Positions 36,573 through 46,405 are shown, counted from the first letter of the stretch. The stretch: DNA of 64,000 nucleotides from an uncultured Candidatus Saccharibacteria bacterium (GCA_964651655.1 CAZYVS010000001.1:77173-141172); one strand, 5' to 3'. The notes: generated by a model from the sequence alone, not told the origin. Numbers and translations are program-made.

Positions 36573-36812
36573 AAGCGAGCCGTTAGGCTCGCTTCCCATA
36601 AACCAGGCCATGTGATCAGTGGCTTGGTTTTATTTTACCAAAATTTTCTACAAGGGAGTAGCTGTGTTCTCCACAGCTGTATGCGCGCGCACGAGAGGAT
36701 GGACTCCAAGAGGGTTGGACGAACCACTAGCGGTAACACTTAACTTTTTTAAAAAGAAATGTTATGTTGGTGGCAGACAAGAAATTTTCCATACGTATCG
36801 TAAGGAGGAAAA

Positions 36813-36995
36813 ATGAACGCCATTATCGTGTTATGGACCGTTATTGGAATACCATTTCTTTGGTCAACCGTTCTTAGCATTTCACAGGGTAAGTGGGTGT
36901 TATCTGGCATAACATTGATTATCGCCTGTGGTTGCGTGTTATGCGGAATTTTGCACAACAGGATTTACCAACGAAGTGGAAAATTTTGGCCATAG
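36813..36995 (+). CDS. Small two-TM protein
   Basis: AAGGAGG RBS, 60 aa hydrophobic, followed by palindrome 37015-37043. Confidence 0.6.
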   Translation: MNAIIVLWTVIGIPFLWSTVLSISQGKWVLSGITLIIACGCVLCGILHNRIYQRSGKFWP

Positions 36996-37014
36996 AAAAA
37001 CACTTTTACATTCT

Positions 37015-37043
37015 AACCCCAGCGGACATGTCCGCTGGGGGTT
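37015..37043 (+). terminator. Palindromic hairpin
   Basis: AACCCCAGCGGACA-TGTCCGCTGGGGGTT. Confidence 0.6.
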
Positions 37044-37099
37044 CGCTTTTTCAAAAATTGAAAAATGACTATCATGTATTTCTCTGTTAGTATCTTTCT

Positions 37100-38197
37100 A
37101 TGAAAATTTTGGCTATTGAGACTTCCTGTGACGAAACCGCCATTGCCCTGCTTGATATAAAAGGCGCGTTGGAAAAGCCAAATATCAAGATATTGGGCAA
37201 TACTCTTTTGTCACAAGTGGCGCTCCACGAGCAATACGGTGGCGTTTATCCCAATCTCGCTAAAAGAGAGCATGAGAAGAATCTGCCACCGCTCCTAAAC
37301 CAAACACTCCGTGAGGCAAGAGAAAACCCTGAAAAACCCGATTTGGACTATATCGCCGTCACCAACGGTCCCGGCCTTGAACCGGCTCTTTGGGTTGGTA
37401 TCAATTTTGCAACAACACTCGGCAAGAGGTGGAATAAGCCCGTTATACCTGTAAACCATATGGAAGGACATCTCGTCTCGGTTCTATTCCGAGACGAGAA
37501 TGCAAAAATCAAAAATCAAAATGAAAAATTAGAATTACCGGCACTCGGACTCTTGGTTTCAGGGGGACATACCGAACTGGTGTATATCAAAGATTTTGGG
37601 AATTATGAAATCATCGGCCGAACACGAGATGACGCGGTAGGCGAAGCCTTTGATAAGGCGGCGCGCATGCTCGGACTCCCCTATCCCGGCGGACCAGAAA
37701 TATCTCGGCTAGCCGAGAAGGCAAGAAAAAGAACCACCAAAGACCGTATAAAATTGCCGAGACCGATGATTCATTCAGGAAATCTTGACTTCTCTTTCTC
37801 CGGACTCAAGACTGCCGTACTGTATAGACTTCAGAAAGAAGAAAAAATCACTGATATTTTTAAAGAAGATATGGCCAGAGCATTTGAAGATGCGGCGGTT
37901 GAAGTGCTTATAGACAAAACCGGCAAAGCTTTATTGGAACTGGAAGACAAAATTGTAACTCTTATTGTGGCCGGCGGTGTATCGGCCAATACTTATCTTT
38001 CTCAAGAACTTGAAAAACTTGTCAATCAATTTCCTAATCTTACCTTGAAAATGCCGTCTAAACTCTTAACCACCGACAACGCCATTATGATCGGTATTGC
38101 GGCTTTTATAAAGATAAGCAAAAAGCCGGAGATATTAAAAAATAAAAGTCCAATCATAGCTTTAGGCAACCTTTCACTTACTTCTTGGGTTCGGTAA
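37100..38197 (+). CDS. tsaD: tRNA threonylcarbamoyladenosine biosynthesis protein TsaD
   Basis: IETSCDET, GPGL, NHMEGH, LLVSGGHT, DDAVGEAFDK, FSFSGLKT, TDNA.MI. Confidence 0.97.
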   Translation: MKILAIETSCDETAIALLDIKGALEKPNIKILGNTLLSQVALHEQYGGVYPNLAKREHEKNLPPLLNQTLREARENPEKPDLDYIAVTNGPGLEPALWVGINFATTLGKRWNKPVIPVNHMEGHLVSVLFRDENAKIKNQNEKLELPALGLLVSGGHTELVYIKDFGNYEIIGRTRDDAVGEAFDKAARMLGLPYPGGPEISRLAEKARKRTTKDRIKLPRPMIHSGNLDFSFSGLKTAVLYRLQKEEKITDIFKEDMARAFEDAAVEVLIDKTGKALLELEDKIVTLIVAGGVSANTYLSQELEKLVNQFPNLTLKMPSKLLTTDNAIMIGIAAFIKISKKPEILKNKSPIIALGNLSLTSWVR

Positions 38198-40670
38198 CAA
38201 TAGCCTTAATATTTTCCTGCTCTTTGTCTTTGGGAATCAACTTGGGCAGGATTAAAACCGGTTCTGGTTCTTTAGGCTCTTTCTTTTCGCTATCTTCCTT
38301 GATATTGATATTCTTCAAAACAGATTTGGCCCGAGCGGTACCGACTAGATACCATGACTTAACAGAAGCTCTAATAGAATTATGTCTGAAGTAAGTGAAT
38401 GTCCAAATTAATGAAAGGATAAGAGTTAAAATTAACGGTAAGATAACGCACCACCATCCTATTATGTATGCCACCACGATAACAAGACCCGTGCCCACAT
38501 CAATAGTCAGCCATTTAGTAAAGAATCGTTTTCTAGCATTTTCAGAAACATTTTTATAAAGGACATCTTTAAGGACATTTCCTAGAATATACAGGATGAT
38601 TAGCACTAGCAGAAATTCATACGAACATTTCATTATGTCCAATAGATTATCCGGTAAGGCAAATATTGCGGCCGCTAGATTGCGAAGATTTTGTCCTTGA
38701 GAAGGCTCTGCTTCACCAACGATCGGTATGATTGGCGGAGTAGTAGTGGCAGTACCTGCCTCTCCTTCTCCACTACCCGACTCGGATGGTGGAAGTTCTA
38801 CATCAATCCCTTGTGCTCTTAAACTTTCAAGAAGTGCTCTGAAGGCAGCAATTTCGTTGAGTTGTGCCTGATTTAGAGGGAATATCCGTTGACAGTATAT
38901 CTCATTTATTTTCTTAAGAGTCAGAATATAAACATACCCAGTCGGACCGGTATGCCCCCACGGTTCAAGAATGTCGCTGAAGTACTTCATTTGAAATGCT
39001 GATACGGCATCAAAGGTCGCCTGATCAAAGACACCGGTAAGAGAAACCTCTTTATGTCCTTCAAAATTTATTAAAAAGCTTTGGAGTTTCAGAACCTCTA
39101 TCGGGTCATTGTCAAAATCTCTTCGCATGTAATCACGCAAGTAGAAACATACAGCTTCGGTCACTGTGCTAGACGTGGAGGGCCTGGAAGAACCACCGCT
39201 CGAAGATCCCGAGCTTGTCGAGGGGCCGCCACCTCCACTCCCTCCGCCACCGCCGCCATCACCGCCGCAATTTTCGGTGCAAACTTGAGCTCCATCATCA
39301 ACCGTGATATTTACACTGGAAGTGTTATCGTCCAGGTTTGAATCACTTTGAGTACTTGAGGCAACGGCGGTGTTGGTGATTGTTTTTCCTTCATTACCAA
39401 CTTTTACTGCGCTTACCAAAGTCAAAGTGGTAGAGGAGCTATTCCCCAGATCGCCAACTGTCCATATTCCTGTGGTTGTGGAATAACTACCGAGAGTGGA
39501 TGTCGCGGAAACAAAATCCAGTTCATTGGGTAAAACATCTGTTAAAGACACCCCCGTAGAATTATCGGGGCCGTTATTTATTATGGTGATTGTATAAGTA
39601 ACCGTATCGCCAACTTTAACCGTAGATTTGTCAACTATCTTTGTGGCAGTAAGATTGGCACTGGGAGATCCGCCGCCGACAGAATTCACGGTAAGAACAA
39701 AAGTTTTGGTATCAATCCCACAATCATTAGCCACAGATATAGTTATGTTAAAGTCCCCTGTCTCCGTCGGAATTCCGGAGATGATCCCCGTTGTGGTAGA
39801 GAAAGATAGTCCTTGAGGAAGACTGGATGTGGCCACGGAGAACGAGGTCGTAGTAGCAACCACACCCGTTGTAGTGGCAGTGATCGTGTATGAAAAAGAT
39901 TGACTAACGGTGGTCGTTGATAATAGTCCGCTGGTAATCGTCGGTAATGGACATACGGGCGGAGGCGGAGGGGGTGGTGGAGTTACCACTTCGTCAAACG
40001 CCACACAAAGGGGCGTTATACTGTTTGGATTGGTATCGCTAAAGGCTGCGTGAATAGCGGTTACTGAAACTGTGTTACTAGCCAATACCAAATTAGTTTC
40101 AACTTTTTCTTCCTTGTACTCCTCGTCACTTTCTAAATCGCTTATGGCACTAGTAGTGGCCATAGTCACACCAAGATTATCTTTCAATACTAAAAACCAG
40201 CTTTCATTCGGTTGAACTTGTGTTAGCTTAGCTAAGTGGTTGTCATAGGAAACCAGACTTATATCATAAGTACCGGCTAAAATAGATACTGAAATAGGAC
40301 CTTTGGTAGCGGCACTTAAAGTGCCACTAGATACGATAGAACCGCTACCGAGATTTACAATAGTTCTCCCATCTTTTGAAGTAAGTGGACAGGTTGGCGC
40401 ACTTGGAGGTGGAGGGGGTGGTGGGGGTGGGGGGCCGTCATCATCACAATCACAGCCATCGCCATCTCCACCATCTCCGCCCCCATCGCCGCCCCCATCG
40501 CCTCCATCCCCGCCACCGTCGCCGCCACCATCGCCGCCATCATCCGCATATACAACATGCGAAATATCAAGGGGCGAACCTATACTTATATGATAATACG
40601 AAGTAAAGCCGCGTACAGAAATAAGCAGAGCAAGACATGATATTAGTATGATTGTATAAATTTTTTGCAT
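38178..40670 (-). CDS. Secreted/membrane-anchored surface protein (Ig-like He_PIG, DUF11-like, peptidoglycan-binding-like domains, C-terminal TMs); start probably 40670
   Basis: Signal MQKIYTIILI, Gly/Asp and poly-Pro linkers, LPQGLSF..TTG.ISG.P, TK.VD...V.VGDTVTYTITI.N.GP, V.KLQ.FL...TG.FD.AT..AV..FQ. Confidence 0.85.
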   Translation of the reverse strand: MQKIYTIILISCLALLISVRGFTSYYHISIGSPLDISHVVYADDGGDGGGDGGGDGGDGGGDGGGDGGDGDGCDCDDDGPPPPPPPPPPSAPTCPLTSKDGRTIVNLGSGSIVSSGTLSAATKGPISVSILAGTYDISLVSYDNHLAKLTQVQPNESWFLVLKDNLGVTMATTSAISDLESDEEYKEEKVETNLVLASNTVSVTAIHAAFSDTNPNSITPLCVAFDEVVTPPPPPPPPVCPLPTITSGLLSTTTVSQSFSYTITATTTGVVATTTSFSVATSSLPQGLSFSTTTGIISGIPTETGDFNITISVANDCGIDTKTFVLTVNSVGGGSPSANLTATKIVDKSTVKVGDTVTYTITIINNGPDNSTGVSLTDVLPNELDFVSATSTLGSYSTTTGIWTVGDLGNSSSTTLTLVSAVKVGNEGKTITNTAVASSTQSDSNLDDNTSSVNITVDDGAQVCTENCGGDGGGGGGSGGGGPSTSSGSSSGGSSRPSTSSTVTEAVCFYLRDYMRRDFDNDPIEVLKLQSFLINFEGHKEVSLTGVFDQATFDAVSAFQMKYFSDILEPWGHTGPTGYVYILTLKKINEIYCQRIFPLNQAQLNEIAAFRALLESLRAQGIDVELPPSESGSGEGEAGTATTTPPIIPIVGEAEPSQGQNLRNLAAAIFALPDNLLDIMKCSYEFLLVLIILYILGNVLKDVLYKNVSENARKRFFTKWLTIDVGTGLVIVVAYIIGWWCVILPLILTLILSLIWTFTYFRHNSIRASVKSWYLVGTARAKSVLKNINIKEDSEKKEPKEPEPVLILPKLIPKDKEQENIKAIVTEPKK

Positions 40671-40728
40671 GAATTTGCAGTTCCTATTTCCGAAACACCT
40701 CTTGAAGAGACGTACCGGAAAAGAGAAC

Positions 40729-40759
40729 CATCGGGAGCGTGCAAAGCACGCTCCCGATG
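40729..40759. terminator. Hairpin downstream of the lipoprotein gene
   Basis: CATCGGGAGCGTGC-AAA-GCACGCTCCCGATG. Confidence 0.65.
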
Positions 40760-40772
40760 ACCCAAAGAACAT

Positions 40773-41327
40773 TTACGGTACAAGACCATGCACGTTCATT
40801 GTGCAGTAGAACTTCCATTCGTCTCCGAATAACCAGAGACGAGGTTCACCGCCAGATTTAATCGGGGAGAAGACACTGTCTGGCCAAATCGTCTCTACGA
40901 TCCACTCGCGTGGATCGTCTGGCAACGGTATACTACCGACACCATCAGTGATACGCAGAAAGCCAAGGTGCCGCACAACATGGGTCGTTTCTGGGTCAAG
41001 GTAGTAAACCCGCAAAACCATATTCACACGGGCTCTGTCCTTGACATCATTCCGTAAAATAAACCCTAATGTGCGAGATACAGCATCTCCCTTATAGCCA
41101 GCGGGGTCAGTTCCGCTACGGGTATTACGTTCCTTAGCGATTTGCATTAATTCCAAGGCTTTTTCCTGTATAGCATAGGGAAGAAGATGATACGACCATG
41201 CATGCGCTACCAGTTTCCATTCAGAACATCGGGGGCCGAGAACCTTTTGTTGCAGTTGCAGTGGTGGCGTCACCGTACTACAACTACTTACAATAACCCC
41301 CACGAAAAGAGCTATGATTATCCTCAT
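40773..41327 (-). CDS. Hypothetical lipoprotein (start probably 41327)
   Basis: MRIIIALFVGVIVSSC lipobox-like; GAGGTG upstream. Confidence 0.6.
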   Translation of the reverse strand: MRIIIALFVGVIVSSCSTVTPPLQLQQKVLGPRCSEWKLVAHAWSYHLLPYAIQEKALELMQIAKERNTRSGTDPAGYKGDAVSRTLGFILRNDVKDRARVNMVLRVYYLDPETTHVVRHLGFLRITDGVGSIPLPDDPREWIVETIWPDSVFSPIKSGGEPRLWLFGDEWKFYCTMNVHGLVP

Positions 41328-41645
41328 ATAGCACCTCTTTCTTTCGTTTAGCTTCAGAAACACAATCTGTGATACAGACTACGCATTTATGAAAAAAAAA
41401 TCAATAATTTAATGAAACATCATATTGTAGAAAAATGGCTTATTTACTATGTTTTATCACTATTTGTCTTTTATACTAAAAACGTCTTATATTAGGACAA
41501 ATTATTTTAAAATAAAACCAATACATAAGCGACATAATTAAAGTTATCAGTCACTATCTTAAATATTCAAATAGTTAATGTAAATTTTGTCCTTTTGATA
41601 CGCTAAATACCATATTCCCATAACATGTTATTATTAATAAAACAC

Positions 41646-43790
41646 ATGAACGAGAAATTTCTTCAGCCCTATAATCCACGAGCCACAGAAGATAAAATCT
41701 ATCAGCTTTGGGAAAAGAGCGGTTTTTTAAATCCGGATAATTTGCCCAAAAGACACCAGAAACCTTTTTCAATTGTCTTACCTCCGCCAAATGCCACTGG
41801 AATGCTGCATGTCGGCGGAGCTCTCATGGTAGTGATAGAAGATATTATTGTTCGCTATAAACGCATGAGAGGATTTAAAACTCTCTGGTTACCAGGCACC
41901 GATCACGCCGCCATAGCCACAAACACAAAAGTGGAGAAAATTCTTTTCAAAGAAGAGAAAAAAACCAGATATGATATCGGCAGAGAAGCTTTCATAACAA
42001 AGGCGGAGAAATTCGTGATTGAGAACAGGGGAACTCTGAAACATCAAATTAGCAAAATGGGAGCTTCTCTGGACTGGGACAGAGAAGCTTTTACTCTGGA
42101 TCAAAAAAGAAGTCTGGCTGTGAAAACCGCTTTCAAAATGATGTATGACGCCGATCTGATTTATCGCGATACACGGATAATTAATTGGGACCCAAAAGGA
42201 CAAACCACAATTTCAGACGATGAAATTGTTTACGAAGAAAGACCGGCAAAACTTTTCACTTTCAAATATTCAAAAGACTTTCCCATTGCTATTTCCACTA
42301 CTCGCCCCGAAACAAAACTGGGCGATACGGCCGTGGCCGTCCATCCGAACGATGAAAGATACGAAAAATACATCGGTCAGATACATAAAGTTGAATTCGC
42401 CGGAGCAAATCTCGAGATTAAAATAGTAGCCGATGAAATTGTTGATATGAAATTTGGCACCGGAGCATTGGGTGTCACTCCTGCTCATAGTCAAATGGAC
42501 GCGGAAATAGCCATACGTCATAACCTACCATCAGTTCAAGTTATAAATGAATACGCAAAAATAAAATTACCAATTCCCGGATTAGAGGGAGAAAAAACTA
42601 CCGCAGCACGGGAAAAAATAGTAAGATGGTTGAGAGAAAAAAACTTATTAATCAAAGAGGAAGAAATTATTCAAAATATTTCTACGGCAGAACGCACCGG
42701 TGGCATCATTGAACCGCTTCCCAAATTGCAATGGTTCATAAATGTAAACAAACCTATTAAAAATCGAGAGGGGAAATCGCTTAAACAATTGATGCATGAG
42801 GCCGTGGCAAACGGACACATCAAAATACTGCCGGAAAGGTTCAAGAAAGAATATTTTAATTGGATAAATAATCTTCATGACTGGAACATTTCGCGTCAGA
42901 TATGGTACGGTCATCGCATTCCGGTATGGTACAGGGATAACGAAATATATGTTGGTATCAATAAACCAAAGGACCCAAACTGGGAACAGGATCCCGACAC
43001 GCTGGATACATGGTTTTCGTCGGGTCTTTGGACATTTTCTGCATTGGGTTGGCCGGAGAAAACAAAAGATCTTGAGACTTATCACCCCATAGATATCCTT
43101 GAAACCGGCTATGACATCCTCTTTTTCTGGGTGGCGCGCATGATCTTGATGTCAGAATTTTTGCTCGGGGAAATTCCCTTCAAGACCGTATATCTGCATG
43201 GATTGGTAAGAAATGAAAAAGGAAAAAAACTAAGCAAATCATTGGGAGATAATATCGACCCTCTCTCCATTACTGACAAATATGGAACCGATGCGCTTAG
43301 AATGGCGCTCATAGCAGGTGTCGGCCCCGGCTCTGACAGCAGACTTTCGCATGATAAACTCAAGGCCTATAAAAACTTTGCCAATAAACTGTGGAATATC
43401 GCGCGTTTCATACTCTCTCAAGAAAATACATTGAGCGACAAAGACAAACTTGACGATGAATTGGTGAATGAATTTAACACGCTGGCAGCAGATATCACCA
43501 ATGATATGGAAAATTATCGATTCTATATTGCCGCTGAAAAAATCTACGCTTACGTTTGGCACCGTTTCGCCGATGAAATTATTGAGAAGAGTAAAAAATT
43601 TCCAGAATTCCACACAACTCTGTATTATATTTTAGAAAACTCACTCAAACTTCTCCACCCGTTTATGCCTTTCATCACCGAAGAAATTTGGTCCGAATTA
43701 AAAGCTAGCACCAAGCCCCTAGAACCTAGAAGCTTGTTAATGATAGAACCTTGGTTTACCCCGAGCAATGTCGAGGGACCATCTATATGA
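41646..43790 (+). CDS. valS: Valyl-tRNA synthetase (short, lacks C-terminal coiled coil)
   Basis: PPPNATG.LH, PGTDHA, TTRPET, GTGA..VTPAH, DW.ISRQ.W.GHRIP, LDTWFSS, KLSKS. Confidence 0.96.
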   Translation: MNEKFLQPYNPRATEDKIYQLWEKSGFLNPDNLPKRHQKPFSIVLPPPNATGMLHVGGALMVVIEDIIVRYKRMRGFKTLWLPGTDHAAIATNTKVEKILFKEEKKTRYDIGREAFITKAEKFVIENRGTLKHQISKMGASLDWDREAFTLDQKRSLAVKTAFKMMYDADLIYRDTRIINWDPKGQTTISDDEIVYEERPAKLFTFKYSKDFPIAISTTRPETKLGDTAVAVHPNDERYEKYIGQIHKVEFAGANLEIKIVADEIVDMKFGTGALGVTPAHSQMDAEIAIRHNLPSVQVINEYAKIKLPIPGLEGEKTTAAREKIVRWLREKNLLIKEEEIIQNISTAERTGGIIEPLPKLQWFINVNKPIKNREGKSLKQLMHEAVANGHIKILPERFKKEYFNWINNLHDWNISRQIWYGHRIPVWYRDNEIYVGINKPKDPNWEQDPDTLDTWFSSGLWTFSALGWPEKTKDLETYHPIDILETGYDILFFWVARMILMSEFLLGEIPFKTVYLHGLVRNEKGKKLSKSLGDNIDPLSITDKYGTDALRMALIAGVGPGSDSRLSHDKLKAYKNFANKLWNIARFILSQENTLSDKDKLDDELVNEFNTLAADITNDMENYRFYIAAEKIYAYVWHRFADEIIEKSKKFPEFHTTLYYILENSLKLLHPFMPFITEEIWSELKASTKPLEPRSLLMIEPWFTPSNVEGPSI
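43754..43777 (-). repeat. Family-A palindromic repeat in the 3' end of valS
   Basis: GTTTACCCCGAGCAATGTCGAGGG, compare GTTTACCCTGAGCGTAGTCGAAGGG at 31255. Confidence 0.75.
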
Positions 43791-44473
43791 TAAATATTGA
43801 TACCATGCTTTATGCTTTATTGGGCGGTGTTTTACCCGCGCTGATCTGGCTTATCTTCTGGCTTCGCGAGGATTATAAGCATCCGGAACCCAAGAGACTT
43901 ATCTTGCGCACATTCCTTTTCGGCATGGGAGCGGTTCTGATCGTCCTCCTTTTTCAAAAATGGGTGGATATTTTATTGCCCGGCGCAACCTTGCTGACAA
44001 TTATTTTATGGGTCGTCTTGGAAGAAGTCTTTAAGTTTATGGCGGCGTTACTGGGCGGACTTAAGTCGGCGGAGGATAATGAACCGATAGATCCGATTAT
44101 CTATATGATTACGGCGGCTCTCGGCTTCGTGGCGCTGGAAAATACCCTCTTCATCGTAGGACCGCTCGTGGGGAAAGATATCGTGACAAGTATTATCACT
44201 GGCAATCTACGCTTTATCGGGGCCAGTCTCCTCCATGTAGTCTCATCAGGCATCATTGGAGTATCGCTCGCGCTGTCATTCCTTAAACCTAAAAGACAAC
44301 GAATTATTCTGGGGGGGTTGGCTTTAATATTGGCTATCGCCTTCCACAGCAGTTTTAATCTAGCCATTATTTATTGGGACAATTCCGGCGCTATGTTTGC
44401 TTTCGGACTAGTTTGGATTGGCGTTATCCTTTTGCTTCTGGCCTTCGAGAAGGCCAAGACTATTGCGCGGTAG
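43787..44473 (+). CDS. prsW: PrsW family intramembrane metalloprotease
   Basis: HPEP, EE.FK, LGF...EN, LH, AFH..FN motifs; ATGA overlap with valS stop. Confidence 0.88.
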   Translation: MINIDTMLYALLGGVLPALIWLIFWLREDYKHPEPKRLILRTFLFGMGAVLIVLLFQKWVDILLPGATLLTIILWVVLEEVFKFMAALLGGLKSAEDNEPIDPIIYMITAALGFVALENTLFIVGPLVGKDIVTSIITGNLRFIGASLLHVVSSGIIGVSLALSFLKPKRQRIILGGLALILAIAFHSSFNLAIIYWDNSGAMFAFGLVWIGVILLLLAFEKAKTIAR

Positions 44474-44493
44474 AAAGGATAGGATATAATTAA

Positions 44494-44967
44494 ATGATCA
44501 TGCAACATAAAAGATCTTTTTTTGAAAGACTGACGGGCGCAGTGCGACTTGATGAAGATTTGGAACATGTGGGAGAAACACCAGCTAACTCTAAGTTGCC
44601 GACGACAAGACCTAATATTTTTGAGGAAAGCGAGGAAGAGGCGCAACTGACAGTGGATGTCTATCAAACACCATCAGAAATCATCATCAAAGCCATGGTC
44701 GCCGGAGTCAAACCGGACGATCTGGATGTATCAATTACCAGAGATTCTGTTACTATCCGCGGCAAACGAAGCGAGGATAGAACTGTGTCAAGCGATGAAT
44801 ATTTCCACCGGGAACTATATTGGGGTTCATTTGTCCGTACCATCAATCTGCCGGAAGAGATTGAAGTGGATGGAGCGGAGGCGGTAGAGAAACACGGCAT
44901 GCTTGTCCTTCATTTGCCCAAACTTGATAAAAACCGCCAAGCCAAACTAAGAGTTAAGGGAAACTAA
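44494..44967 (+). CDS. Hsp20 / alpha-crystallin family protein
   Basis: VDVYQT, AGV...D.DV, RE.YWG.F.R...LP, G.L...LPK. Confidence 0.93.
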   Translation: MIMQHKRSFFERLTGAVRLDEDLEHVGETPANSKLPTTRPNIFEESEEEAQLTVDVYQTPSEIIIKAMVAGVKPDDLDVSITRDSVTIRGKRSEDRTVSSDEYFHRELYWGSFVRTINLPEEIEVDGAEAVEKHGMLVLHLPKLDKNRQAKLRVKGN

Positions 44968-44969
44968 GA

Positions 44970-45041
44970 TGCCACCGGCGGGAATTGAACCTGCATCAAC
45001 GCCTTAGGACGGCGCCGTTCTATCCGTTGAACTACGGCGGC
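44970..45041 (-). tRNA. tRNA-Arg(CCT)
   Basis: GCCGCCGTAGTTCAACGGATAGAAC-GCGCC-GTCCTAA-GGCGT..GGTTCAATTCC.CGGTGGCA. Confidence 0.92.
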
Positions 45042-45117
45042 ATTAAAATCTGATTTGATTAAATCTATCATAAACATAGTCAGTTTAAAATAAGCTATCA
45101 GACAAGGTTAGCCATCA

Positions 45118-45136
45118 GACAAGGTCGAACCTTGTC
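45118..45136. repeat. REP of RAYT2 (GACAAGGT-CGA-ACCTTGTC)
   Basis: Inverted-orientation copies at 45312-45332 and 45805-45823; half copy at 45101-45109. Confidence 0.88.
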
Positions 45137-45158
45137 GGGCATGGGTTATAATTAATAA

Positions 45159-45839
45159 ATGACCAGAAACGTAACATTTGCTCCAGGAGAGTTTTATCAT
45201 CTATATAATCGCGGTACTGAAAAAAGGAAAATTTTTCTTAATCGCCAGGACTATGAGAGATTCCTATCACTTCTCTACTTAGCCAACGGAATGGCGCGCG
45301 TAGATATTAAGCGACAAGGTTCGACCTTGTCGGAATTACTAACTCAAGATAGAGATGAGAAACTTGTAGATATTTGTGCTTATTGTCTCATGCCAAACCA
45401 TTTTCATCTGATTGTAAGGGAAACTAAAGATTATGGAATAAGTAAGTTTATGCAAAAACTTATTACTGGATACACAATGTACTTTAATAAAGCGCATGAG
45501 AGAAATGGTGCCCTTTTACAAGGAAAATTCAAATCTGAACATGCCAACAGTGATCGTTATCTAAATTATCTTATTGCCTATTTACATCTAAATCCTATAA
45601 AACTTTTCGATCCCACATGGAAAGAACATGGGATTAAAGATCAAGAAAGGGCAGAAAAATTCTTAGATGATTATGTGTACTCAAGTTTCTTAGATTATAG
45701 TGGTTACGATCGATTAGAAAAAAGTATTCTTTCTTTGGACGCCCTCCCTGCTTATACTTCAATCCCAAAAGACTTTCGATCGAGCATCACTGAATGGTTT
45801 GACGGACAAGGTTCGACCTTGTCGATGCAACAATCATAG
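45159..45839 (+). mobile_element. REP-associated tyrosine transposase RAYT2
   Basis: FYHLYNRG.EKR.IF, YCLMPNHFHLIV, YFNK...R.G.L.QG.FK, YLHLNP, YSSF; carries two REPs in frame (QGSTLS twice). Confidence 0.92.
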
Positions 45840-45912
45840 CTGTAACGAATAGGTAAAAAATTACCTTTTGAGCGGGAGCCAATCCATCAAGAAGGAGATT
45901 CATAAGAACTTA

Positions 45913-46071
45913 CTATCTATTTTGACGCCAAATCAACCATGTTCCTCCAATATAAAGAACAGCAGTCAGAGCATCATACCATCGTGTATCAGGAGGGTCG
46001 CCAAAGGAAGTATAAGCGAGGGTTCCTATAACTAAGATGGCGCCCAAAATTGATTGCGTAATTTTATTCAT
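45913..46071 (-). CDS. Small membrane protein (52 aa)
   Basis: Manual translation MNKITQSILGAILVIGTLAYTSFGDPPDTRWYDALTAVLYIGGTWLIWRQNR; below ORF-track cutoff. Confidence 0.45.
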   Translation of the reverse strand: MNKITQSILGAILVIGTLAYTSFGDPPDTRWYDALTAVLYIGGTWLIWRQNR

Positions 46072-46164
46072 GCTTCTATTCTATCACATTTTTTAATGTA
46101 TAGGAGTCGCACCTAGTCAACATAATCCTTGAAAAGGAAAGATACTGGGTTATAATGCTTACTC

Positions 46165-46398
46165 ATGAACCCCGAAGAAAAGGCGCTTTTGGAGCGCACC
46201 TTGAAACTCTCTGAAGAGAACAATCGGATTTTGCAAAAAATGCAAAGAACGGCCCGCTGGGCCGTTCTTTGGGGATTCATAAAAATCACGATTATAATTG
46301 TTCCATTAGTGGCCGGTTATTTTTATCTTCAGCCCTTTTTAGAACAAGCAATGGAAAATTATAATACTTTCAGAGACCTGCTCAACGTTACAAATTAA
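46165..46398 (+). CDS. Hypothetical single-TM protein
   Basis: MNPEEKALLE..L.L.EENN.IL, TM ending YFYLQPFL; TATAAT upstream. Confidence 0.7.
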   Translation: MNPEEKALLERTLKLSEENNRILQKMQRTARWAVLWGFIKITIIIVPLVAGYFYLQPFLEQAMENYNTFRDLLNVTN

Positions 46399-46405
46399 AA
46401 AATAG

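Noticed and set aside
35435-36995. Prophage remnant suggested by the S24 repressor
   Set aside because: No integrase, structural or replication genes.
40671-40772. N-terminal extension of the 864-aa ORF
   Set aside because: It spans a terminator-like hairpin; ATG 40670 yields a proper signal peptide.
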